Shown here: piece after piece, positions 39,939 through 50,314 of the stretch
Position numbering within the stretch: the first letter of the stretch is position 1
How the letters are laid out: the number at the start of each line of letters is the position of its first letter
Assembly: GCA_965112735.1 (NCBI GenBank)
Contig: OZ218950.1
Location: forward strand, 5,332,001-5,396,000
Source of the DNA: Phaeosaccion multiseriatum
Taxonomy: Eukaryota; Protista; Ochrophyta, other classes
DNA: 64,000 nt
Direction of reading: 5' to 3'
Translations under genes and position numbers: made by a program
Notes under the pieces: model-generated
The model's input: the letters and a program-made list of their open reading frames with translations, nothing else
The model's database searches: none
What the model was told of the DNA's origin: nothing

Positions 39939-40269
39939 GGAGGGAGGTGACCTCCGCATGAGTTGTTCACTGCGGCGACCTCCTTTCAGGCCTCTGCCCC
40001 TCCCGTGCTGCTGCTCCCCTCTCCCTCTCTTTCGCAAGCGCATATGCACACACGCGCACACACCGTATCTGACTCTGACCAGCCTTCTTCCTGAGGGCAA
40101 CGGCAGAGGGACTGTTCCTCACGCTAACCACCTAGTCGGGGGGCGGAGAGTAGTCAGGGTAGTTCACTGCTGAGATTCACAACACCACACACACACAAAG
40201 GTGCGGGAGAAAAGGCCAAGCTTCGTCTCTTGGTGGGGTTGAGTCGCTTGCTAGGCACTGCCCGCTGTG

Positions 40270-41460
40270 AGCTCGTTGGTGTATTCGATTCGATGCCCAC
40301 GCGACCGTCGATGCTGCCCACCGCGAATCCTCCGGCTGGAAGTTGTCGTCCTCCCTGCTCCCGGCAGGAAAGGGTAGGGCAGGGCAGCGCAGGGCTGTGC
40401 AGTGAGTGGGTGGGTGGGTGCCAGCAGCAACGAGCAAGCACACTCACACCAACCAAACACGCCCGTTCTGACACACACACACACGCACATACACACATAC
40501 ACACTACTCATCATGCTTGTAAAACACGAGGTACCAACGTCTACGTATGTCTTCCGTACGTACCAGCAGGCTGGGCACCTCGTCTGTTGATTGAGGGGCG
40601 ACACGATGGAAAGTGGTCTCCGTGGGCCTGCCCGTGGACGGATAGTCCGTGAGGATGTTCCGGTTGGCGTCTCTGCAGGCCACCACAGGCCACCTCCAGC
40701 ACAGCGTACATGGAGTGCGTCCATGCCGTAGACAAGGCCCAGCAGGGCTGCCGGGAGCGTGGGTCTCACAGCTGGGGGAGAGGCAGAGGGAGAGCGAGAG
40801 GGGAGGAGGGGGCGGGTGCTGAGCGAGGAGGAGAGGGAGAGGGATGGGGGGAGGGAGGACATGCACCGTGATATGACGCCCAGAATGGAGCCCTCTTGAG
40901 CACATCAATGGTGCCAGTTACGGCTCCACTCCTCCTTCCCTGCAAGGTCCCTAACGTCCCCCCCTCTTTCCCCACCCAACCCCCTCTAAGCACCCTAACC
41001 TTGACGGTCTTGTCCCAGCTGCCGGTAGCAACTATGTCCCCGGTCTACATGCACCACCTGCTGGGTAGAGAGGCACCACACCGCAGGAGGGAGGGAGGAG
41101 AGCGGAATGACTAAGGTACGACAGGGCTGCTGGCACATGCCCGCTCTCACGAGATACGTATACTGTCTTCTGTTCATACGGTGCCAAGCGTCGCTCAGAT
41201 CTCAAAAAGAGACTGAAGAGAGCCATCACTTTTTTCGGCCTGAGCTCAGGGAAGCCCTCCCCCCCCCCGTTCTCCCTCCCTCCCTTCCTCTCTTCCCTCC
41301 TGCGTACCTGCCTACATGGCTGCCTATATGCCCGCCAGTGTGCCTCAATACACTTGACGGCGTGGTCGTGCGCAGTCACTTGCGTGGGGGGGCGTCCCCG
41401 CCTGGCAGAGGGAGGGACGCCATGCCTCCGTGGGGGGACAAGTCTGAGCACACAGACCTG
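40270..41460 (-). pseudogene. RAE1: RAE1/Gle2 (Bub3-family WD40) pseudogene retaining introns
   Basis: Collinear fragments PTQVTAHDHAVKCIE, WCM*TGDIVATGSWDKTVK, L*DPRSRQP, VYGMDA, VVAC..NRNI, GFAVGSIDGRVGIE. In-frame stops (e.g. TAG at 41045-41047) and frameshifts. GT-AG boundaries are preserved. Confidence 0.72.
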
Positions 41461-42643
41461 TGAAGGGTGGAGGGAGGGAGGGAGGGAGGGGTTGGGGGGG
41501 GGGATGGTGCGGCTACAAAAGTATGTGCGGGGAGAGTCAATGAGAGGAGCCCGCTCCACATCTGAGTCCTGCACGCGCATACTCTCTCTCCACCCTCCTC
41601 TCTCCTTCTCCCCCTCTCCCCCCCTCTCTCTCCTGCCTCCCCTCTTTTCCTCCCTCCCCCTCAATCTCACGTACTGCAGCGTGGTCTCTGCCGCTGGCTC
41701 GGCTCCGAGCGCGGGCCTCGTGTTCTCGTGTTCATGTTCACCTGCAGCTGCCAAGCCGATTGTCCTTTATGAAGAGCTGACACCGCGCTGGATGGCGGCC
41801 TCTCCTGCTGGAACAGGACTGACTGAGAGACACCATCCAAGAAGGAGGAGGGCGCACGTGCCCCCGTTCGAGCCCTTCCCACGCTCCGACCCCGCTCAGC
41901 GCCCCATCATCTCCTCGTCGGATTGGTGCTGCGTTGCGTTGGTCTAACGTAGTGCTGCTCAGCTGCGGACGAGGGGAGGGGCGTGAGGAAGCAAGCGAGG
42001 GAGAGAGCGGAGAAGGAAGGATGCCAAGGCAGTGAAACGTGCTCACCTCTTCCTCCCCGAGTTGAGTGAAATTGAGCGTCGCTGTGATGCAACGCGCGTG
42101 TCTCAGAGAAGATTGCCGAGAGCAATGTGCGTCTGCATGATCATTGCCAAGTGCGGCAAAGAGCGCCTCCACTAGACGCACGCCCCCCGGCCGGCGTGCA
42201 GCCTCTGCCACACCCGCTCGCCCCCCAGCCCCTTCTCTCTCTCCGCGCAGGCGAGCCCTCGCTCGCGCAAGGCTCCCTTCCTCGGTGCCTGCATGAGCTT
42301 TGTTCTTTCTGCTTTTTCTTCCCCGTGCTGCTCTCCCCCTTTCTCTCTCTGTTTCCTACGCGCCTGCGGCCCGACCCTCGGCGACAGCCTCAAACCCTGT
42401 GTCGGCAGAGCCCTTCCGGAGGCCTTCCAGACGCCTTCCAAGGCCCCTCTCTGGCGCCAAAACCAAAAGAGCGTTGGGCATTTTGACCAAAAAAAAGGCC
42501 GTTGGACTTTAATCCAAAACCCCCTGGGATCACCCCTCGGGACCGCATGCGTGTGAGGCTTGGGGCTCAAAAGGCCCCATCCTTGTGTTTTGTGTGGTTC
42601 ATACAAATTACATTTCCTTTGTCTGTTCTTTCCCGGCCTCGCC

Positions 42644-43669
42644 ATGAAGACCTACTGCACCATCCTGGCGCTCTGTGCCTTCCAAGGGACGTCCGCCTTT
42701 GTTGTGCAGGCGCCCACGGCTCTGAAAGGCCGCTCCTCCTCCTCTTACCTTGGGAGTTTGGGTGGATCTTCGGAGCAAGGCTTGAATGGCCAGATCAAGG
42801 ACAAGAATGGGCCCAGTGGAGTGCAGGTAACCAGTGCAATGCCCAGCGTGCCCGGTCAGCAGCAGCTGACCAATGCTCTGTCGAGTGGCGGGTTCGGCAC
42901 GGTGTCGAAGAACCAGGTGTCGGCTGAGTTGAAAGACATGACGGAGGTGTGGGATGCTTTGTCACCGGTCACAGTGCAGGGTGGTTCTCTCCGAACATGG
43001 TCCTTTGCAACGCCCGCGATTGGGAGGGTGCAGGTGCTGTTGAAGAGTGAGGGCCGCCCTCTGCATGCGAATGTAGACTTGTGGCAGGGACCGGACAACA
43101 CGCCGCAGAAAATGGCGGTTTACAGTGAGGACGGAAACTTGCGCCCATTCAGCGCAGTGATTGAGACACCGCGAGGCCACAATTCGATTGCCATCCGCAA
43201 CACGGGGCAAATGGAGTTCCCTCTGGCGGCGTGTGTGGAGGCCGATGTGGAGGATGCGTCCGGCAATAGTTCTGCTGGCCTGGGGGCGGTGACCAAACGG
43301 CTGTCCAACTCAGGTACCCTCAAGACAATCCAGGGCGGAGCGGTCCACACATACTCGTTCGACACGGCGGAGTCGGTGGCCAGCGTGCAAGTGTTATTGA
43401 AGACCGACGGGCGACCTCTGAATGCACGAATCGAGCTGCTGCAGGGGCCCAACAACAGCAAGCAGGTGATTGATCTTTATGCTGAGGACGGACTTGAGCG
43501 ACCATTCTTCGCTGTCATTGGCACGCCGGGTGTTGGAAACGTGGTCCGAATTGTAAACACAGCCACGATGGAGTTCCCCATGACCGCATGTGTGGAGCCT
43601 TACATGATGGGCAAGCCTTTCGCGGATGGGCGCAACCAGGACAGCACTGGCCACTTTATTGTGGATTAG
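42644..43669 (+). CDS. Intronless ~341-aa protein of unknown function: signal peptide + SAF motif, two tandem ~90-aa repeats
   Basis: Leader MKTYCTILALCAFQGTSA|FVVQAP. Repeat 1 VQGGSLRTWSF..EGRPLHANVDLWQGPDN..EDGNLRPFSAVIETP..IRNTGQMEFPLAACVE. Repeat 2 IQGGAVHTYSF..DGRPLNARIELLQGPNN..EDGLERPFFAVIGTP..IVNTATMEFPMTACVE. Confidence 0.9.
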   Translation: MKTYCTILALCAFQGTSAFVVQAPTALKGRSSSSYLGSLGGSSEQGLNGQIKDKNGPSGVQVTSAMPSVPGQQQLTNALSSGGFGTVSKNQVSAELKDMTEVWDALSPVTVQGGSLRTWSFATPAIGRVQVLLKSEGRPLHANVDLWQGPDNTPQKMAVYSEDGNLRPFSAVIETPRGHNSIAIRNTGQMEFPLAACVEADVEDASGNSSAGLGAVTKRLSNSGTLKTIQGGAVHTYSFDTAESVASVQVLLKTDGRPLNARIELLQGPNNSKQVIDLYAEDGLERPFFAVIGTPGVGNVVRIVNTATMEFPMTACVEPYMMGKPFADGRNQDSTGHFIVD

Positions 43670-45415
43670 AGTGTGATTGAGACCACTGGGGGAGTGGAGT
43701 GGTTCAATTGTATAACGTTAGTGGCCACCCCATGCGGAGGAATCGTCGGAGCGATAAAGAAAACATTAGAGTGTAGGAGTGCATCTTGATATTGATAATG
43801 GTATTGATGCGGGGTAAAAAGTTAATATACATGTCAACAAGATTACACTCCACAATCTCCTTCTCCGTACTCTGTTTCTTGGGTGGGGGTGGAGTTGGTC
43901 GCCGACGTCGGGGGGGGGGCGGGTTAGACTGGGCGGTGAGGGACAAGGACAGCAGGACCTTGGGGGGGAGGGTGACGGACAAGGACGCAGGACATGGCGG
44001 GGGGGGGGGTTTGACGGGGCTGTGCGGGACAAGGATAGCAGGGAGACAGACAATGATGGAGAGGGACGGGCGACATTGCGTCGTTCTGTGCGTGTGTGCG
44101 TGTGTGCGTGCGCGCCTTCCTACTACTGGTGTCCACTCCGACGTATCCACCCCCCCTCCAGCTCGCTGACAGAAGCAAGAAGCCAGGTGCTTTGTTGGGG
44201 GCCGAAGCCATGAGCCAGAAAACTCATGCCTCCCTCAACCCTGAGACTGACGGGGCCTACCCTCCTGCGTCTTCCATCGTGTCACCAAAGGACGAAAAAG
44301 CTGGCTGGCGACCTCAACTCGCCCCAACCCCCACTCGCACCCCTGCTGCTCAAAACACATCACAGAGGTTGTGGAAGCCCTAACCCACTGGTACCGGCCG
44401 GAAACTGAGAGCTGAAACTCGAGGTCGACTTTCGTTGAAGATGGAAGCAGGCCCACGGTCCGAGGCAGTTAAGAGCATTCCTCCCCTTCTCTCTGTCAAT
44501 CGCTGTCCATGCCGCTGCACTGCATCTCTGCTGCTGCTGCTGCTGCTGCTGCTCCTGCTGCTGCTGCTGCTGCTGCTCCAGCGACAGCGACTGCTTGCCT
44601 TCGGCCCGAATATTCTTCTTCGAAACGCGCGTGCACGGCAGCAAAAGCGAACTTAGCAGCCAATCTCACCAGCCCCTCCCCCACCTCTGCAGTAGAGCAA
44701 CCGCCATGTTCTTCTCTCTCCTTTGCCGCTGCACTCAAACTCTGCGCTTTCCGACTTTCCTCTCTGCTTCTGCCGCTCCTCCCACTCATTCCTTCAGTCA
44801 CTGGTTGTGTACAATGATGGCCCGCTACTGACACCGTTCTGTCCATTGTTCGAAAGGCAAGGGCGTGCACACCGGCTGATGGCAAAAGTAGCCCCCAGAG
44901 ACGCACGCAGACAACCCTCCTGCATCTCTCCAGCTTTCAACCATCAGTAGTCGCCCTTCTATTTTCCTCTCCAATCAGAGCACGAGCTCCTGTCCTCTTC
45001 TTCTTTGCCGCTGCATTGCATTTCCGTGCTTTCATCTGTGCTGCTATCGCTCCCACTCGTTCTGCCAGCTGCTGCTTGCCTCGGTTCTTGACCCTCTCCT
45101 GACACGCTCCGAAAGTAAGTGCGTAGCACGCCGGCTGTCGGCAATAGCAGCCCCTAGGGGCGCCCCCTAGCCGACTCCCTGCCCCCGGCTGCAAATAAAG
45201 GAATATGGCAGGCACAAAAGCAGGGGAATGCACGTCAGCTGACGCCGGTAGTGGAGGATAGCCCCCCGCCTGATAGCATCGCGGAGTTCACACGCGCGAA
45301 AATTGACCGAGGAATGCAAGTAGACTTCTTCCCCGCTCTTGCTGCCTTGCCTGATGGTTTCACCTGCGACACATTGGGTACGCTTCCCTCTCCGTCCATC
45401 TTAGTACGCCTCAAA

Positions 45416-45945
45416 CAAGGGGAAAAGGGGAACTCCATGCGTGACCAGTGGCCAAACCACCAAGAAAATAATGACCAACACCGGGGGAAATCGTTCCGCG
45501 CCAGGCTGGGCGCACACCTGTTTTCCAAGGGGAAAGGGGAAAGGGGAAAGGAGGCACTCCATGCGTGACCAGTGACCATGCCGTCCATATCTCACTCACT
45601 GTTGTAACGGCACGACCATCGCTCACCACAAGCCCGTCGTCACGTCACCGAAAAGTCCCGGTGACACCGGGGAAATCTTTCCGCGCCAGGGCCGACGCCC
45701 GCCAGCTCTCCAAGGGGAAAGGGGAAACTCCATGCGCGGCCGGTGCTCATACCGCCTCCTTCTCCCTCGCTGGTGTATACGGCACCAATATCTCAAACCA
45801 ACCAACAACCAGGTGATGTCACCGAAAAGATCCTACCAACAGCGGGGTATCTTCTCGCGCCAGGCCCGAGGCCTACCTGTGTTCCAAGGGGAAAGGGGAC
45901 TCATGCATCACCATCGGTCGTACTGCTCCTGTCTCCCTCACTGTT
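45416..45945. repeat. Degenerate tandem array, units up to ~175-186 bp, 3-4 copies
   Basis: Box caaggggaaagggg..ctc(c)atgc at ~45416, 45526, 45711, 45885. Box ggggaaatc..ttccgcgccagg at ~45480, 45666, 45841. Confidence 0.75.
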
Positions 45946-46096
45946 GTCCACTCGATACGACACATCTATATGTGACAAGACACAATTAAATCTGCGTCGA
46001 CACGCGTGGATTCCACCCACTCATCTGTGAATGTAACGGTTTCTGTTTTTGCCTTTGCTTGTGACGAGGGTCTTGGGGGAGGAGGGGGGGAAGAAG

Positions 46097-48022
46097 ATGG
46101 GTGATGAGTGGGGCTTGAGCAAGGAAAAGTCCCTCCGCAGGGCACTCCGTCAAGTGCCCAAGACCCTCGAAGTGAATGAGAGGTTCAAGGCTGTGGCAAA
46201 GCTCGTGAATAGAGACTTGAAAAGCAGCGGCGGTGAGAAGGTGAGCAAGAAGGATTGCCACGCCAAGTACAAGGAGCTAAAGGCGAAGGGCAAAGAAGCA
46301 AAGCGGAAGGAGGAGGGGGGTTACCAGCCTCGTCCAGCAGCAGTAGACAGCTGGGTGATGTCTTCCAAGGCTCCTGCCGACGACGGAAAGGCCCACGGCA
46401 CTCCCCTGCGAACACAGTTGGCAGCGATGGACGTAGAGGCTTGCGCGTCGGGGCCTGCTCAAGGGTTGTTTTTGGAGGAGGTCGACGACTTAGCGGACTT
46501 TGAAGAGCTTGCCGAGGAGGGGGAGGAAGAAGTCCACCCGGCCGTGGTCGGTTCGGGCGGGAAGGGAGGGCGCGAGTTGTTGGGGGACAGGATCACAAAG
46601 GAACAGGCAAGTTTGCGAGGAGGAGAGACAAATGTCGCGCCCATCTTACCTCCATCTTGTTCTTCCAGGCCGCCACCCTCCATGAGCTTCTGTTTGGAGC
46701 TCCTGAAAAGACGTTCAATGATGCGTGGGTCAAGCAAGGCTTCCAATTTAACAAGTCGCGGGGCAAGGCCAGTGCCGTATCTTTCGGCCTCGTGCAGCAC
46801 GAAGGGGGGCCATGTGGCGTCTTGGCTGCGGTACAGGTGAGGATTTTTTGGGTTACCAGGCCACAATTGGCCTCGTAAGAAACACTCAGGCGTCCTTGCT
46901 GGGCCCTCCCGTGCAGGCGTACATTATAGAATACGTGTTCCTTCGGAGTGAGTCCCCGAAAGGCCCTGCTGCTTCTTCTCAGAGGTGGGGGCTCTCGGAG
47001 GAGGAGCAACGAATGGCATTGGTGCACTCCATCTCTAGCATACTGTGGCAGTGCGGCCAAGGCCAAGGGGCCGTGGTTGCTCTTCTATCCCCCGGCTTTA
47101 TGGTAAGGTTTAGCTTTTCTGCACCAACATGATTTGTTTGCCTTTCAGTACCCCTCTCACAACTGAAACACGTACACGGCACAGGATTTGGGCACCTTTC
47201 GGACAGCAGAGAGACTGCATGTGTCTCGCTGCTGCCAGTCCTTGGAAGACACAAAGGATTTGATTAGGGAGAACTTGGACTTGTTCACGGCCTCCAAGGG
47301 GCCGGGTGTAGTCCTCTTCGTGTACTCTGCCATTCTGAGCAGAGGCGTCAGTGCCATCAAGCGCGATATGGATCAAGGTTTTGGAGGAGAGAGCGCTATA
47401 CTGATGGCAAAACACGGCTATGCCGCGCAGGAGCTCGTGAACTTACTTCTCGTGGGTCGGGCCTGCAGCAACGTGTTTGACGGAGAAAAGGTGAGAGCGA
47501 CCAATATGTGTACATACAAAGAGGGGAATTAGAGGGCCCTGAAGGTCAGGAGAGCGCGAGAAGCAAACTCACTTTGTGTGTACTGTCCATATTCTCTAGG
47601 TAATGGACGAGGGAGCAACAGCAGAAGGCCTGGCGAGCTCTTCCCCTTTGATCCTCCAAGGGGTTCCGGGGCAGGGGCGGGTAGGGTTTTTAACGCTCTT
47701 TGAGGCATACAAGTACGTGGCAGTGGGACGCCACCTCAAGGAGCCAAAGCTGCCTGTTTGGGTCGTGTGCAGTGAAAGCCATTATTCGGTGCTCTTCTTT
47801 GAGGGGGTAAAACAAGCGGATGCAAAGGGCTGTGAGTTGCTCTACTATGATGGGCTGGACAAACAGGAGGGGCAAATTCGCCTCAGCGTCTGCTTCGAGC
47901 CAGACTCTCCACCCCCCGACATGGACGACTCCGCTGTCCTCGTCCCGCCACTCGATTTGGTCATTCGTACCAAGTGGGCCGGGGCGGGTGTAAACTGGAA
48001 CGGAACAGAGCCCATTCTGTAA
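46097..48022 (+). CDS. MINDY-3/4 family deubiquitinase (DUF4205) with an N-terminal SANT/Myb-like domain
   Basis: Catalytic Cys motif GLVQHEGGPCGVLAAVQ; YSAILSRG; HGYAAQELVNLLLVGRACSNVFDG; catalytic His motif VCSESHYSVLF; YYDGL; VIRTKW..VNWNGTEPIL*. Confidence 0.9.
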
Positions 48023-48424
48023 ACGAGCGGGAAGAATGCAACTCTTCCGCCTACTGCTCTGGCCGATTTGTTCGCACAACACTTTAGGAAAGATTATAGT
48101 AGGTTCGTGTGCAGACAAGGCTTTTACGATAAGAAAGAGGCGGCGCGGAGCACACTCGAAAGGAAAGATTCCGAAACAACCCGGTGCGCTAAACGGGGTA
48201 AGGTACAATAGCCAGAGGGGGCTCATCGTCGCAGGATTTACAGCATCACCTTTTGCGGGTTCTGGGACCTGATCTTTATCCTGAACGGTTCGGCATACAG
48301 TCCTTTCTTACACGAGTGAGACCTTCGGCATCCTCACCAGCAGACACCTTCGTCCCTATCGGGACGGGGGACTGACTGCCGATCCAGGGCGTTTCTGCAA
48401 CAAATCCTTCCTACGAGTACTCAC

Positions 48425-50170
48425 TCAGAACTGGCATTCCTCCCACACTTTTATGGTCCGGTCGAAAGAGCAGCTCAGCAGTCTAGACTCGTCCGGCGAA
48501 AAGTCAATGGCAGAGACTTTGCCCTCGTGCCCCGTCAATATCTTGCAGAGCCCAAAGTCTCGGGCGGACCAGACCTTGATGGTATTGTCAAAGCCACTGG
48601 ATGCCAGCACCTCGCCTGAACTACGGCCAAAGCGAACATCGGACACGAGTGCAGTGTGTGCGGGCAGGACGTAGACACAACCCCGCTTGCGCAAATCCCA
48701 AATCTTGACCGTGTGGTCGTCGCTACCCGTCGCCAAGTGGTACCCGCTTGGCGAAAAGTCGCTGCACGTAATCTTTTTCACGTGGCCCGTCATGGCAAAC
48801 ACGCTTTTCCCGCTCCGGAGATCCCACAAGTGCGCCACGCCTCCAAAGTCTGTAGTGGCCACGAGAGCGCCATCCTCCTGAAAGCTAATGGAGTATACTT
48901 CTCTATCATGTCCATCCTGCAGGAGGAGCTGCTTGCCGGTCTCCACGTCCCACAATCGCCAAGTGTGGTCAAAGCTGGCCGTCCCCAAGTAGTCCCCAGA
49001 CGGGTGAAACTCCAAGCGGCCCAGGCGGTCCGCGTGGCCTGACAAGGTCAACTTTTCCTCACATGTATCGGCGTCCCAGAGCTTTGCTGTCTTGTCCGCC
49101 GAGGCGGTTGCCACGAGAGGCCTCATACTTGCTGTGCCAAAGGCCATGGGGTGCCAGGAAACGCCGGTGATGCGCTCTGTATGCCCGCGCAGTTTGCCCC
49201 TCTGCTCCAGCGACTTTGCATCCCACAGCTGCACCATGCACCTCCATGATCCGCATGCCAACAGACTGCCATCCGGCGCGCATCGAAGCGCAGAAAGCGG
49301 CCGCTCGTCCCCCACAGTCGAAACTCCAATGGCCATTTGCCGGATCCTTTGCAATTTTTCCACCATGGCAACATCGGCAGCATTCTTCCCCTCTTCCTTC
49401 TGCTGCTGGTCTTGGACGGACTTCGCCTCCTCTCTCCGCCGCTTACTTCGCCGCAGACGCTCCCGACTTTTTGGAAAGGAAAAATTAGCCATGGCCCTTC
49501 GGGCCGCTTGCAAGTCCTCTCCCGCAGGAGTGTACACCACTTCCGACGAGCCTTTCTTTTCTTTGGCCGCAGCGGCAGCTGGTTTGGTCAAGGCTGAGGC
49601 TCCCGCCAAAATTTCCTCCACCTTTGCCCGCTCCTCTCCTGCCAACTCCAAAGTAGCCAAATATTCTCGCAAGCGCACGCGCACATCCGCCACCGTCTCC
49701 CCAAACAATCGAACAGGTTGCCCCAATCCTCGGAGCGAGGCCTGCACCTCCTCTAGCTTGGTGGGCACGACCATGGAACGGGCTCGCTTCTTGGCCTCCA
49801 CTCTCTGAAGCATGTCCGCATGCTTGTCTTGTTCCAATAAGCTGCTGTGCGATAGTTCCATCACCTCGGTGCCGGCTGCGCACACATCAATCGATCGGTG
49901 GGTTCACAAACAACAGAGCTCTTTTGGTTAGTAGGTAGTCGCCGCTGCTGGGAACGGAGAGAGAGAAAGGGTGCACTTACACGCGGTATCGTGGATGTTG
50001 ATGTTTCCCTCGACGACGGGCACTTCGTCGTCGTCATCAGCAGGTGCAGCAGCACCAGCGTCCGCCTTCACTGCTCCGGGTACTGCCGCCACCTTGTCAA
50101 GGCTGCCATAGAAGATACGGCCTTTGTTCGACGGAGGGGGCGGGGGCAGCGGCGCTTTCTCGTCAGACAT
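48425..50170 (-). CDS. PRPF4: U4/U6 snRNP protein Prp4 (SFM domain + WD40 repeats)
   Basis: GRIFYGSL, RARSMVVPT, LRGLGQPVRLFGE, GDERPLS, HPSGDYLGTASFDHTWRLWD, LLLQDGH. Confidence 0.95.
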
Positions 50171-50314
50171 ATTCCCTTGATGTCCCAAGAGATAGGACGC
50201 AGGATAACGCGCGCGCGCGATACAATGGAGCAATGGAGAGAGGTTTGGGAGAGAGGTCGTCAAAAACCATAAGTCAAGGGAACAATTACGCGCGAAGATA
50301 GAGAAGCGCCTTGC

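Noticed and set aside
40740-41050. Stop-codon readthrough or selenocysteine in the RAE1-like exons
   Set aside because: Frameshifts accompany the stops and both TAG and TGA occur; intact genes here use standard stops
44200-44450. Hammerhead ribozyme (ctgacgg...gacgaaa)
   Set aside because: The core CUGANGA is not matched and I could not form the three stems
45416-45945. CRISPR-like array
   Set aside because: The repeats are degenerate, the 'spacers' are partly homologous to each other and unequal in length, there are no cas genes, and the context is eukaryotic
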